Of a DNA stretch of 64,000 nt, positions 28,465 through 43,640 are shown piece after piece; the stretch's first letter is position 1; each line of letters starts with the position of its first letter. The notes below the pieces were generated by a model, which searched no databases, was not told the origin of the DNA, and saw only the letters and a list, made by a program, of their open reading frames with translations. This DNA is from the human T2T-CHM13v2.0 reference genome, Homo sapiens. Both the position numbers and the translations under genes were made by a program. The DNA is taken from assembly GCF_009914755.1 (NCBI RefSeq), contig NC_060926.1; one strand, written 5' to 3'.

Positions 28465-29645
28465 TCTTGCTCCCTCTCTCCCTCCCCCATCCTTTCTCTG
28501 TCCTTGTCTCTCTGTCTCTGTGTCTGTCTCTGTTTCTCTTTGTGTTTGTGTCTCTCTCTGTCTCTGTGTCTTGGGCTGTCTCTCTTTGTGTTTGTGTCTG
28601 TCTCTTTCCGTGACTCTGTCTCCCTCTGTGTCTCTGACTCTGTGTCTCTGTCTCTCTGTGTCTCTGACTCTGTGTCTGTCTGTGTCTCTGACTCTGTGTC
28701 TCTGTCTCTCTGTGTCTCTGACTCTGTGTCTCTGTCTCTCTGACTCCGTGTCTCTTCTCTGTGTCTCTGAGTCTGTCTCTGTGTCTCTGTCTCTCTTTCT
28801 CTGTCTCTGAGTCTGTCTCTGTCTCTTTGTGTCTCTGACGCTTTCTGTCCCTGTCTCTCTCTGTGTCTCTGTCTCTGTGTCTCTGTCTCTGACTCTGTAT
28901 CTCTGTCTCTCTATGTCTCTGACTCCGTGTCTCTGTCTCTCTCTGTGTCTGAGTCTGTCTCTGTGTCTCTGTCTCTCTTTCTCTGTGTCTCTGTCTCTGT
29001 GTCTCTGTCTCTCTGTCTCTGACTCTGTGTCTCTGTCTCTCTGTGTGTCTGTCTCTGTGTGTCTGTCTCTGTGTCTCTGTCTCTGTGTCTCTGTCTCCCT
29101 GTGTCTCTGTCTCTCTCTCTGTGTCTCTGTCTCTCTCTTTCTCTGTGTCTCTGTCTCCCTGTGTCTCTGTCTCTCTCTTTCTCTGTGTCTCTGTCTCTGT
29201 GTCTCTCTCTGTCTCTGTATCTCTGTCTCTCTGTCTCTGACTCTGTGTCTCTGTCTCTCTGTGTCTCTCTCTGTGTCTCTGTGTCTCTCTCTGTGTCTCT
29301 GTCTCCCTGTGTCTCTGTCTCTCTCTTTCTCTGTGTCTCTGTCTCTGTGTCTCTCTCTGTCTCTGTATCTCTGTCTCTCTGTCTCTGACTCTGTGTCTCT
29401 GTCTCTCTGTGTCTCTCTCTGTGTCTCTGTGTCTCTCTCTGTGTCTCTGTCTCCCTGTGTCTCTGTCTCTCTCTTTCTCTGTGTCTCTGTCTCTGTGTCT
29501 CTCTGTCTCTGTATCTCTGTCTCTCTGTCTCTGACTCTGTGTCTCTGTCGTGTCTCTGTGTCTCTCTCTGTGTCTCTGTGTCTCTCTCTGTGTCTCTGTC
29601 TCCCTGTGTCTCTGTCTCTCTCTTTCTCTGTGTCTCTGTCTCCCT
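28465..29645. repeat. (CT/GT)n compound microsatellite (ctctgt-type)
   Basis: About 1.2 kb of pyrimidine-skewed low-complexity sequence. Confidence 0.96.
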
Positions 29646-30319
29646 TTGTGTTCTTCTCCACGACGTTCTCTTTGTCTGACTTTCTGCTCCTGCCGCGTGC
29701 GCAGAGGGGCGAGGAGGAAGCATTTGCGCATGCGCAGAAGGCTCGCTCCACGCCACGTGCTTCAAGCGCGTCGTTCCGTTTAGTATGAAATAAAGGCCCG
29801 CGGGGTGGAGAACGTGTCTGTTTTCCAGATGTGGAGATCAAGGCCCGGCAAGTCCTCTGTTGTTGACGGTTCTCAGGTGGTAGAAACGATCTCGCAGCGC
29901 ACCTGCGTGGCTTCCGAAACCGTTGTCTCAAGCGTGTTCCACTTGATGTGATTAAAAAAGTTCTCGTGGCCCCAAGCACCTGCTTTACCTGCTCAGACCA
30001 GAGTGTCGTTCCGTCCCATTCATTCCGCAGCTTTCCCCGAACGCACACAAGTGAAATGTAAATGTCAGTGTGTGTGTATCTATCTCCCGTTTCTCCCAAA
30101 GCGAGACCGTCAGCTGCTATCACTGCACAGCGATGCGGGGACCAGGCCCGGTCCCTTCAGCCCGGGGCTTCGGCCCCCGGCGTTGTCTGACCCTCGTGCT
30201 CAGCTGTTCCTGCTTCTTCAGGTTCCCAAGGCATCCCCAGCCAGCTTCCCTCCTGCAAACCCCCACCCTGGGAGCTTGACCAATGACATCGACATCTTTC
30301 AATACTTGAATCCTGACTA

Positions 30320-30935
<616 letters not shown>

Positions 30936-30959
30936 CTCATTCTTCTTAATAATTGCATG

Positions 30960-31570
30960 AGAGCTGCTGGTGGGAGTGTGAAATGGTGCAACCACTGTGG
31001 AAAACAGTAGCCATATCACTTCTCAGAAACTTAGAGATGGAATTACTGTATGATCCAGCAGTTACCCCGCAGAATTGAAGGCAGGGTCTCAGAGATACAT
31101 GTGCACCCAGGTTCACAGCAGCGTTACTCACGATAGCTAAAATGGGGAAGCAGCTGAAGTGTCCATCCATGGGTAAGTGAACAAAACGTGGTCCATCCAT
31201 ACAAGGGAATATGATTCTGTCCTAGGAAGGAAGGGGATTCGACAGTTATTATGACATGGATGGACCCCGAGGATGTTATACTGAGTGAAATAGGCCAGTC
31301 ACAAAAGGTCAGATATCGTATGATTCCACTCATATGAGGTCTCTGGAGGAGTCAAATTCTTGAGATAGAAAGTAGAATGGTGGCTTCCAGGAGCTGGGGG
31401 AGGCGGAGTGGGAGCAAGTGTTTAATGAGGGCAGAGCTTTGGTTTTTCAAGATGGAAAGTTCTGGAGATGGATGGCGGTGATCGCCGCACAACACTGGGA
31501 ATTAGTTTAACATCATTGAGCCGGCCACTTAAAAATGATTAAGATGGTGTATTTTATCACAAAAAAAAAT
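30960..31570 (+). mobile_element. L1MB-like 3' region
   Basis: ggtgggagtgtgaaatggtgcaaccactgtggaaaacag...tatgattccactcatatgagg. Confidence 0.85.
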
Positions 31571-32064
31571 CAGCAAAAAACTTGCATGATGGATTCTAGA
31601 GTGTAGATGTGCTGAAATGTATTCCACATTTCCTTATCAAGGGAAATAAAGATTATTTCTATTTTTTTCCTTACCACTACAAAAATAGCTTCAGTAAATA
31701 TTCTTGAACATAGATTCTTACAAACTGGAATTTTGATTTCTGTAGGATAGATTCCCAAATGTGGGGTGACTGAGCAAAACAGCTCTATCATTTTTATTTT
31801 AATAGAGAATTCTTTCTCAGAGGAAATAGCCATCCCTGTCCCATCAGTCATGCATGGGAAGGCTTGTGTCCTTGCACACCTGCTGGTACTTCACATTATC
31901 TGCCTTTTTACTCTTTTTCCAGTGTGATGGGTACACCATGTTATTTGCCAGTCTTGGGTGTAGAGCAGGTGAGAGTGAGCTTCTTGGCCAAACAACAGCA
32001 TCCAAACCTCCCATTCCATGCTTGCTAATTTCCCTTTTCCTTGCCAGAAAACATGATTCTATTA

Positions 32065-32505
<441 letters not shown>

Positions 32506-33515
32506 TCAAGAACAAAATTGTAAATAATGCAGAATGAGGTGGGGCTGTTATTGTCATTTATCTTCAAAATCTGAGCTATTTATCAAGAATGGTTTGGATG
32601 ATGGGGAAGGACGGAGGACTGTCTACACAGGCAGATCCCATGGGGAAGGGAATAGGAAACTGGCTGGGGGGTTTCTTCCAGGGTGCCCAAGATAAAGAGT
32701 GTCCTTCAATTGGCATTAATGAAACAGGGTGGATGTGAATCCTGGAGTCAGGAGTCCTGACTTCAGACTTCACTTCCAAGCAGCATTACCATGGAACTCC
32801 TCAGAGCCTTTTCCCTCATCTAGGTTGGTGGTCCAGAGGCAAATGCAGGACCACCTTTCTGCTTACCAGGCTGTGAGCTCTTTGAGTGTGGCAACCAAGT
32901 CTTTGTCATCTTTCTGTTTCTCCCCTACCCCAGCACCTCGCTGAGTGCCTGGAATGTGAGAAAAACTCCATTAATGTGTGTGGAATTAATTATCAAATTA
33001 AGGAGTGAATGAAGCCCATGACAGTACCTTGTTTCTCCTGAAGCTACTTTCACAGACAGTTTGTGTGGTCATACTGGGACTGCACAGCCTTTTCTGGGAA
33101 GAGCTGAGGGTGGTGGCTGTAGCCTGGGTCTGTAGAGTTTTAGCACTGGGATGCCTGTGGTTGCCTATGAACTCCAAGTAGAATAAACCAAAAGAAAACC
33201 ACACCTGAGCACATCATAGTAAAAACCACTGAAACCAAAGATGAGGAGAAATTTCAAAGTTGGCCAGATAAATGGATTACCTTGAAAGGCAAGCCCTACT
33301 TTGAAAGGGGCCACATTTAGATGAAAAGTTGACTTCTCAAAAGAAACAATGGAAACTGAAAGACAGTGGATACCAGTCGTCAAAAAGTGCAGAACGAAAA
33401 TAACTGCCAACCTAGAATTCTATACCTAGCAAAAATATCCTTCATGAATAAAGGTAAAATAATGACACTTTCAAATACACAAAAAAGTGATTTTGTCATC
33501 AACAGATTCACACTA

Positions 33516-33887
<372 letters not shown>

Positions 33888-34168
33888 TTACAACAGCAGC
33901 AATGTCTTGTGGGGTTTCAAATATATATAGACTTAAAATACATAATGAAAATAGTACTAAAGCGGAGAGGGAGGTAGATGGAATGAAAGTGTTCTGAAAT
34001 CCTTGCATTGTTCAAGAAAAGGTGAAAGTACCAATTCATATTAGCCAAGGATGCATGATGAAATCCCTAGTGTCAACACTGAAAGAACAGCAAAATTATA
34101 TGATCACCAGACTAACAGAGGTGCCAAATGAAAAATAGAAAATGGTCAATTTATAAAAGACAAGGGAT

Positions 34169-35690
34169 TACAGACTTAAATGTTAGACCTAAAACCATAA
34201 AAACCCTAGAAGAAAACCTAGGCAATTACATTCAGGACATAGGCGTGGGCACGGACTTCATGACTAAAATACCAAAAGCAATGGCAACAAAAGCCAAAAT
34301 AGACAAGTGGGATCTAATTAAACTAAAGAGCTTCTGCACAGCAAAAGAAACTACCATCACTATGCAGCCATAAAAAATGATGAGTTCATGTCCTTTGTAG
34401 GGACTTGGATGAAATTGGAAATCATCATTCTCAGTAAACTATTGCAAGAACAAAAAACCAAACACCGCATGTTCTCACTCATAGGTGGGAATTGAACAAT
34501 GAGAACACATGGACACAGGAAGGGGAACATCACACTCTGGGGACTGTTGTGGGGTGGGGGGAGGGGGGAGGGATAGCATTAGGAGATATACCTAATGCTA
34601 AATGATGAGTTAATGGGTGCAGCACACCAGCATGGCACATGTATACATATGTAACTAACCTGCACATTGTGCACATGTACCCTAAAACTTAAAGTATAAT
34701 AATAATAATAATAATAAAAAGAAACTACCATCAGAGTGAACAGGCAACCTACAGAATGGGAGAAAATTTTTGCGATCTACCCATCTGACAAAGGGCTAAT
34801 ATCCAGAATCCACAAAGAACTTAAACAAATTTACAAGAAAAAATCAAACAACCCCATCAAAAAGTGAGCAAAGGATATGAACAGACACTTCTCAAAAGAA
34901 GACATTTATGCATCCAACAAACACATGAAAAAATGCTCATCATCACTGGCCATCAGAGAAATGCAAATCAAAACCACAATGAGATACCATCTCACACCAG
35001 TTAGAATGGCGATCATTTAAAAGTCAGGAAATGACAGGTGCTGGAGAGGATGTGGAGAAATAGGAACGCTTTTACACTGTTGGTGGGACTGTAAACTAGT
35101 TCAACAATTGTGGAAGACAGTGTGGTGATTCCTCAGGGATCTAGAACTAGAAATACCATTTGACCCAGTGATCCCATTACTGGGTATATACCCAAAGGAT
35201 TATAAATCATGCTGCTATAAAGACACATGCACACGTATGCTTATTGCGTCACTATTCACAATGGCAAAGACTTGGAACCAACCCAAATGTCCATCACTGA
35301 TAGATTGGATTAAGAAAATGTGGCACATATACAGCATGGAATACTATGCAGCCATAAAAATGGATGAGTTCATATCCTTTGTAGGGACATGGATGAAGCT
35401 GGAAACCATCATTCTGAGCAAACTATTGCAAGGATAGAAAACCAAACACCGCATGTTCTCACTCATAGGTGGGAATTGAACAATGAGAACACTTGGACAC
35501 AGGGTGGGGAACATCACACACTGGGACCTGTCGTGGGGTGGGGGGAGGGGGGAGGGATAACATTAGGAGAAATACCTAATGTAAATGACGAGTTAATGGG
35601 TGCAGCACACCAACATGGCACATGTATACATATGTAACAAACATGCACGTTGTGCACACGTACCCTAGAACTTAAAGTATAATAAAAAAA
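34169..35690 (+). mobile_element. 5'-truncated L1PA (about L1PA5-like): ORF2 3' end and 3'UTR
   Basis: Track ORFs [17 protein letters not shown] and IPLLGIYPKDYKSCCYKDTCTRM are L1 ORF2 C-terminal sequence; canonical 3'UTR. Confidence 0.95.
34360..34716 (+). mobile_element. Younger L1PA (about L1PA3-like) 3' fragment nested in the L1PA
   Basis: 17-bp TSD aaaagaaactaccatca at 34343-34359 and 34717-34733; (AAT)n tail. Confidence 0.92.
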
Positions 35691-35919
35691 TTACCTGACA
35701 CAATGTAAATGTCTTCAAAATATAAGCTACTATATACATCAGAATTATTAAAAGAATTTTGTGAAGAATCAGAAGTACAACCTCATATCAGATTTACTTT
35801 CCTTAAACAAAAATTTTTAACTTAGCACTGCTAATTGTGAAATTTGCAGTTAGCAAATCATTTCTTCCTACTATGAAGAAATAATTAGGCTCCCAAAAAT
35901 CAACGGAAAGGAATTTGGA

Positions 35920-36482
35920 TATTTTTATTTTACTTTTTTATTTTTTATTTCACTTGCTTTAGGGTACAGGTAGATTTTGGTTATATAGATGAATTGTATA
36001 GCGGTGAAGTCTGAGATTTTAGTGCGCCCCACACTCAAGTAGTGTACACTGTATCCAATAGCTAGTTTTTCATCCCTCACTGCCCTCCCAGTCTCCACAC
36101 TTCTGAGTCTCCAGTGACCATTATAACATTCTACAGGCCTTTGCATACCCACAGCTTAGCTCCTACTTATAAGTGAGAAGCTACTTCACTTAGAATGATG
36201 GCTTCCAGCTCCATCGAAGTTGCAGTGAAAGATATTATTTCATTCTTTTTTATGGATGAGTAGCGTTTCCTGTGTATATCTACCACATTTTCTTTATCTG
36301 CTTGTCAGCTGATAGGCACACAGATTGGTTCCATATCTCTGCAATTGTGAATTGTGCTGTGATAATCATGCACATGCAGGTGTCTTTTTGATACAATGAC
36401 TTCTTTTCCTTTGGGTAGATCTGGATTGCTGGATCAAATGGTGATCTGCTTTAAGCTCTTTGAGAAATCTTCATACTGTCCA
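35920..36482 (-). mobile_element. Antisense L1MA/L1PB-like 3' fragment
   Basis: ttttatttcacttgctttagggtacagg...cttagctcctacttataagtgagaa. Confidence 0.8.
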
Positions 36483-37802
36483 GTGGAAGAGAATTTGAAA
36501 CAGTTTATATAAAGATAAATGTTGGTTTACAGATGTTTTAAGTAAAACAAAACAATAAATCATTTAAAAAAAGACAAGGAATGAGAATAAATATACATAG
36601 AACAGGCAAGGCCAAAATAGAAAGCAATATTATGGCATCCAATTCAAACCCAAACATATCCAAATTACATTAAACATAAATCGACTAATATTCCAATTAA
36701 AAGAACAAAATGGCCATGCAGGCAAAAACCAAAAAACAAACAAACAAAGAAAAAGCCTTCCAAAACGCAACTAAACTCCATTGACAGTAGATTTAGAGAA
36801 GATATCGAGATTCAGAAAGATTGACAGTGAAGAGGGGAAACTAGACCACGAGAATATCCACATAAGCTCTCTTTATGTTAGGCAGAGACCTTACAGCTAA
36901 AGTTCTGCTAGTGATGCAGGTGACATTTCAAAATGATAAAAATTTTGATTCGCCAGAAAGTTTTAACAGTTTTACTTTTGTATGTACCTAATATGCCTCA
37001 AAGTGGACAAACTTATAGGGAAAATATGCATGTTATCAATTGCAGCAGAAAGTTTTCCGCATGAGTCTCTCAATAACCGACAGAGCAAGCAGACAAAAAA
37101 CATCACTGAGGACAGAAGATGTGGCCAACGTGATGAATGAACCTGACTTAACTCACAAGTGTAGAATCCTGCACAAAACGGCTACAGCACATCCACTCGT
37201 CTCAAATACACTCAGATGTGAACACTGACATTATGTTGGGCCACAAAATCCATTCTCCACAAATTTCAAAGGATTGAAAATTACAGTGCAATTGAGCAAG
37301 AAATAAAAAGGAGAATTAAACATCACTATGTCCTCAGAAATTAAGAAACACAATTCTAGATAATTCATGGTTCAAAGAAGAAGCCACAGTGGAAATTAGA
37401 CAATGTTTTGCAATTAGTTATGGAGATACTACATAAAGCTTGTGGGATAAAGCCAAAGCCAGGCTTAGAGGGAAATACATAGCCTCTAAATGCATATATC
37501 AGAAAAGAAGAATGACTGACCATCATTGATCTCAAGGAGCTGCATAAAGAACAGCGAATTAAATCCAAAGAAAGAAGGAAGAGAATAGTGAAGATGAGGA
37601 CAAAATGATGGAAAAATGATACCGTAGAGCGAATTGAAAAAGCCAAGGTTTAGTGTTTGAAAAGACTAATAAAGTTGATAAGCCCTTGATGAGGCTGCTC
37701 ATGAGAAAAAGAAAGAAAACATGAATAACTGGTACCAGGAATGACAAAGGATGCGCTGGAGATCCTGCGGGCAGTCAGAGATTTCAAAATTGTGTTATGA
37801 TC

Positions 37803-38046
37803 CAATGAGAACACATGGACACAGGGAGGGGAACATCACACACCGGGGCCTGTGGGCGGGAGGGGAGGCAGTGAGGGGAGGGAGAGCATCGGGACAAATA
37901 GCTAATGCATGCGGTGCTTAGAACCTAGGTGACAGGTTGATAGGTGCAGCAAACCACCATGGCACATGTATACCCATGGAACAAACCTGCATATGTATCC
38001 GGAACTTAAAGTAAAATAAAAATTAAAAACAAACAAACAAAAAAGA
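37803..38046 (+). mobile_element. L1PA 3'UTR fragment with TSD tgttatgatc
   Basis: caatgagaacacatggacacagggaggggaacatcacacaccggggcc; TSD at 37793-37802 and 38047-38056. Confidence 0.88.
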
Positions 38047-38734
38047 TGTTATGATCATTTTAATGCCAATAAACTTGCCAATTGAGATGAAATGGATAAT
38101 TCTTGGAAAATACAATTTATTAAAATAAATATAAGATTACATAGAAAATCTGAAAAAAATCTTATTAAAGAAATTGAATCCATCATTTAAAATCTGCACA
38201 CTAAGAAGACTCCAGGTCTACATGGCTTTCCCAGTAAACTCTGTCAAACACTTAAGGGCAAAAATCACACGTAGATGTCTTCCTGCAGAGAGCAGGGCTC
38301 TGAGCCCCGGCACTGTGAGGGGCTGCCGTGGGTGACACGACCCCCTCCTCTCTCCTACGCCACCAGGACGTGCGTGTTCCTCCCTTGGAGGGAGAGGCCA
38401 TCAAGGAGCTTAGAAACATTCAGTATGCTACGAAAAATAAAGTACAAAAGTGTAACTAATACAACCACCAAAGCTTGGCCCACGAAAAAAAATTGATAAG
38501 AAAAGGTGATATAACACTGTTAAGACAGAGAAAAGATAAGCCACAGACTGAGAGAAAATCTTCACTGAACTCGTGCCTGATAAAGGACCAGGACCAGTGT
38601 TCAAAATAGTCAAGGTACTTTTAAAACTCAGCAATAAAAAAAAATCTGTTTAAAAAACAGGCCAAAGATCTGAAAGGACACCTTATCAAAGAAGATATAT
38701 GGATGGCAAATAAGCATGTGAAAAAATACTTTGC

Positions 38735-38996
<262 letters not shown>

Positions 38997-40995
38997 TCAA
39001 CACCGTATGTCATCAGGGAAATGCAAATTAAATAACACTACTGCATACCGACTGGAATGGCCCAAATCCAAAACACTGACAACACCAAGCGCTGGTGGAG
39101 ACGTGGACGTTTCATTCATTTATTGCTGGTGGGAAAATGGTACTTTGGAAAAAAATTTGGCAGTTTCTTACAAAACTAAACATACTTTTATCATACGATC
39201 TAGAAATTGTGTCTCTTGGTATTTATCCAAAGGAGTTGGAGACTTATGTACCCATAAAAGCTTGCGTAGGATGAATTTATAGCAGCTTTATTCATAATGG
39301 CCAAAACGTGGAGGGAACCAAGATGTCCTTTCGTAAGTGAGTGGATAAATAGCCCGTGGTCCATCCAGACAATGGAAGATGACTCAGCACTAAATGAAAT
39401 GAGCCATCGAGCCCTTCAAAAGCACGGAGGAAACTTAACTCATATTAGTAAGTGAGAGGAGCTGTGGACTTAAAAATCGCACTTTATAAATTTAGAGTTT
39501 TATTTCTTAAGAAGGAGATGACAACCTACAGGTGGAAGCCGAAGCTCCAGCTGAAAACCAAAAGTAAGCACTTTGAAAGAGGGGAGGGTGGAACGGAATT
39601 TATGCTGAATGAGCCGGACACATATGCATATTCAGCAGGTTATAGAAACATCTTATGAATAGTTATGAGAGAGTCCTACACTGCATACAATAAACGGGCA
39701 TGTTATATACCACCCACGTTCACCTTGGGGTGGAGACTGCACATCTAACTGCGTTACAATCAGGCCCTGCACGTCAGAAGGTGGAGCCGGGACGGGAAGC
39801 ACTCGGTGCGCAGCCTCTGTAAACCAGAACCAGTCCGGGGCTGGGGGTCCCTGCTCAGGGGACAGTTACTGAAATGCGGCTGTTGTCCGATGGCAGCTGT
39901 GGTTCTGGCTGGGGGAGCAGGGGTCAGCGAGGCAGTGTCTGGCAGGGGGTGAGCTGCACCTGCTTTAACGTTGTTCGTCTCAAGGCCAGCGTTTGGGTGT
40001 CAGAGAAAAAGAAAACTCCCGTGGCAGGTAGAACATAAATAAGTGCAGCGTGTGTGACTTCGCCCCTGCCTGGGGTGGCCTCAGGTCCCGTTGATAATGT
40101 GGCGTCTTATGGCCACAGTCGGTTCTGCCAGGCGATGTTCTCTATCTCAACACTCATGCTGGGCAGTTGCTGCGTCTAACCACACAGGGGAGGGGTGTCA
40201 TGGGACGCATCTGATCTCCTGTCCCCTCAGGGCTGAGAACTCCATTTTTCAGGTTTCTCTGGGGTCCCCTTGACCAAGGGGTGAGGAGCCCGTCGGTTCA
40301 GTCAGTTGGGTGGCTTAGAATTTTATTTTTCGTCTCCATTTCCCGCTTTTGGCTGAGATTTGCCATAGGCAGCATCCACGGCCAAACCTTTATCTTGGCC
40401 CACCTTGTTGCTGGGGGAGGTGGGGCTACCTGCCCTGGTCCCTCCAGCCCTTCAGTGGAACCCTGATTGCCAAGGGGCTTACAGCTAAAAGACTTACAGC
40501 CAACTCAACGTTCTGGGCCAGGCGGAATTGGAGGTAATATAAGAGCTGAAAACCAAAAGCCAAAAGGCGAAGTGACAAAACTGGCTTATCTATAAGTTCC
40601 AAGTGTTGAGCTATCATAATTTTGGTCTCAGTCTCTGACTTGTAGCAATTAGCTACACGAAACGTAAGCATTTTGTTAAAACCATTTCAGCTAAGGAATT
40701 TAGAGACTTTGATATGCTGCTGTGCTTTTTGTGGTCTTTTTAGTAATTTGTCCTAAGGCGGCCAATACCGTTTTAATTGTATCTCTATTTGTATAAATCC
40801 CATAACTGGGAACAGCTGTATTCTGGAGGCTGTGTCACTAGGTGTCATTACATCCTCTTGGTAATTAAGTCTATGGGAAGCAGGAAATTCTTTAGAGGGT
40901 TAGAGTTGGAGGGATGGAGAGGGAACCACCTAATGGCCCAGGAGGCACAGTCCCTTGATTTGTCAGCAGTGCAGGCATCTATGCACTGTCCTTGA

Positions 40996-41459
<464 letters not shown>

Positions 41460-41530
41460 TGAATGAGAGAGATTTGAGAGATAAATGGCATTAATAATTT
41501 GAGTGGTAGAATTATAACGTACAGGCATAA

Positions 41531-42125
41531 TGTGTCTGGAGTTGGTTCCTTTGGTGGTTTCGTGGTCTCGCTGACTTCAAGAATGAAGCCACGGACTTTT
41601 GCAGTGAGTGTTACAGCTCTCAAAGATGGCACACATCCAAAGGGTGAGCAGTAGCAAGGTTTATTGTGAAGAGCAAGAGAACAAAGCTTCCACACCATGG
41701 AAGGGGACCTGAGCAGGTTGTTGCTGCTGGCTGGGGTGGCCAGCTTTTATTCCCTATTTGTCCCCTCCCATGTTCCATTTTTGTCCCATCAGAGTGCCCT
41801 TTTTTCAATCCTCCCTGTGATTGGCTACTTTTAGGATCCTGCTGATTGGTGCATTTTACAGAGTGCAGATTGGTGTATTTTACAGAGCGCTGATTGGTGC
41901 ATTTTACAATCCTCTTGCTAGCTACAGAGCGCTGATTGGTGCATTTTTACAGAGCGCTGATTGATGTGTTTTACGATCCCCTTGCTAGCTACAGAGCTCT
42001 GACTGGTGCGTTTTACAATCCTAGCTACAGAGCTCTGATTGGTGCGTTTTACAATCCTCTTGTAAGACAGAAAATTTCTGCAAGTCCCCACGCCACCCAG
42101 GAAGTCCAGCTGGCTTTGCCTCTCA
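41531..42125 (-). mobile_element. LTR12-family (HERV9) solo LTR
   Basis: tgtgtctggagttggttcc...gtctcgctgacttcaagaatgaagcc; tandem gctgattggtgcattttac repeats. Confidence 0.85.
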
Positions 42126-43100
42126 ACAAGAATTTATGCGCCCCTAACAGGAAGAAAGGAATCAACCCCATTAGGGAGCCAACTAAAACGATCATGAAGA
42201 AAATTACAACCTGGATCCTCTTTAGAGATGTGTAGCCAAGAGATAATTCAAGACTCAGTTTGAATTATAGGCAAAAAATAAAACTCAAGAACAGTGGTCG
42301 GGGCTGGAATTGCAGAACAAGTGTTTTCTTTTGAAACGTAATTTTTTTCATCTCTTTAGTTCCCCCTTTCTACCACAGAGAAATAATAATAAGACCAATT
42401 TGTGTACAAAATAAGTTTTAGTCTTATTCTATTTGGCTTGATCATTTGTGTAAATTGCAGCAGGAATAGCAGCTGGCCGTGTAGGCTCTTTTTAAATTGG
42501 CTTTGCTGGAACTTTATCGGAAAGTGTTATTTCAGTCAAAGGTCTTGTTAAAATAATATCCCCAAAGTGTCCTGTTACAAAAGAAAATGTATTCTTATTG
42601 AACTTATGCAAACCACCATATTGCTGTAAGTAAGAATGCTCATGAATAGTTTTTGAATTCTGGAGGTAGAAGGTAGAGAGAGAAAGCTGAACTTTGTTAT
42701 TTTACTCAGTTTCTGTCACCTATAAATAGGTTAAAAGAAAAAAGGTTTTCTTGACTTTGGAAAACAAAACAAAGAATCAGTAACACTTTAAATACAAAGG
42801 CAATAAGCGCTGTTCAGTTCTGATAAGAACAGGAAAAGGAAGCTCACAGGTAGCTAAACATCTAAAGTATATAGTACTAAGACATAGAGCAAATTATATT
42901 AATTCAGATAGAGGGAAAACTATGAAATGTCTTAACGTCTTGGAGTATAAACCCAGCCCTGTGTCTCATGAAAGCCGTTCACTTCGATGGTTGTCTTCCC
43001 CCGGATCTGAAGACAAGGCTTTGGTTAGCTTGAGTTTGGTTTCAGATACCAGTGTGGAATGTTCAAGATTCAGCAGGAGTTGGTGCCTTTTTTAGGTGAT

Positions 43101-43640
43101 GTGATACGGTTTGGCTGTGTGTCCCCACCCAAATCTCATCTCGAATTGTAATCCCCATGTGTTGAGGGAGGGACCTGGTGGGAGCTGATTGGGTCATGGG
43201 AGCTTGTTTCCCCCACGCTGTTCTCGTGATACTGAGTGAATTCTCTCGAGATCTGATGGTTCGATAAGGGGCTCTTCCCCCTTTGCTCTTTCTCTCTCCC
43301 CTGCCATGATGAACAGGATGAACGCAAAATTAAATTAAGACGTACCTTGCTTCCCCTTCACCTTCCACCATGATTCTAAGTTTCCTGAGGCTTCCCCAGC
43401 CATGGGGAACTGTGAGTTAATGAACCCTCTTTTGTTGATAAATTACCCCGTCTCAGGTAGTGTCTTTACAGCGTGTGAAATCAAACTCATACAGGCTCTC
43501 GGGGCATTTGTAGCTGCAATGCTCCCTGCCTGGGATGCCTTTCCTTTGCATCTTCCTCTGGCTGTCACCTCTTTTGTTTATAAATTACCCAGTCTCGGGC
43601 AGTTCTCTATAGCAGTGTGAAAACAGACTCATACTCTATG
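43101..43640. mobile_element. MST/THE1 MaLR LTR(s), nested or internally duplicated
   Basis: tgatacggtttggctgtgtgtccccacccaaatctcatc; the end motif aattaccc.gtctc.gg.ag occurs twice. Confidence 0.8.

Noticed and set aside
28448-30123. R/E/T/Q-rich 427-554-aa ORFs
   Set aside because: Low-complexity (CT/GT)n translation
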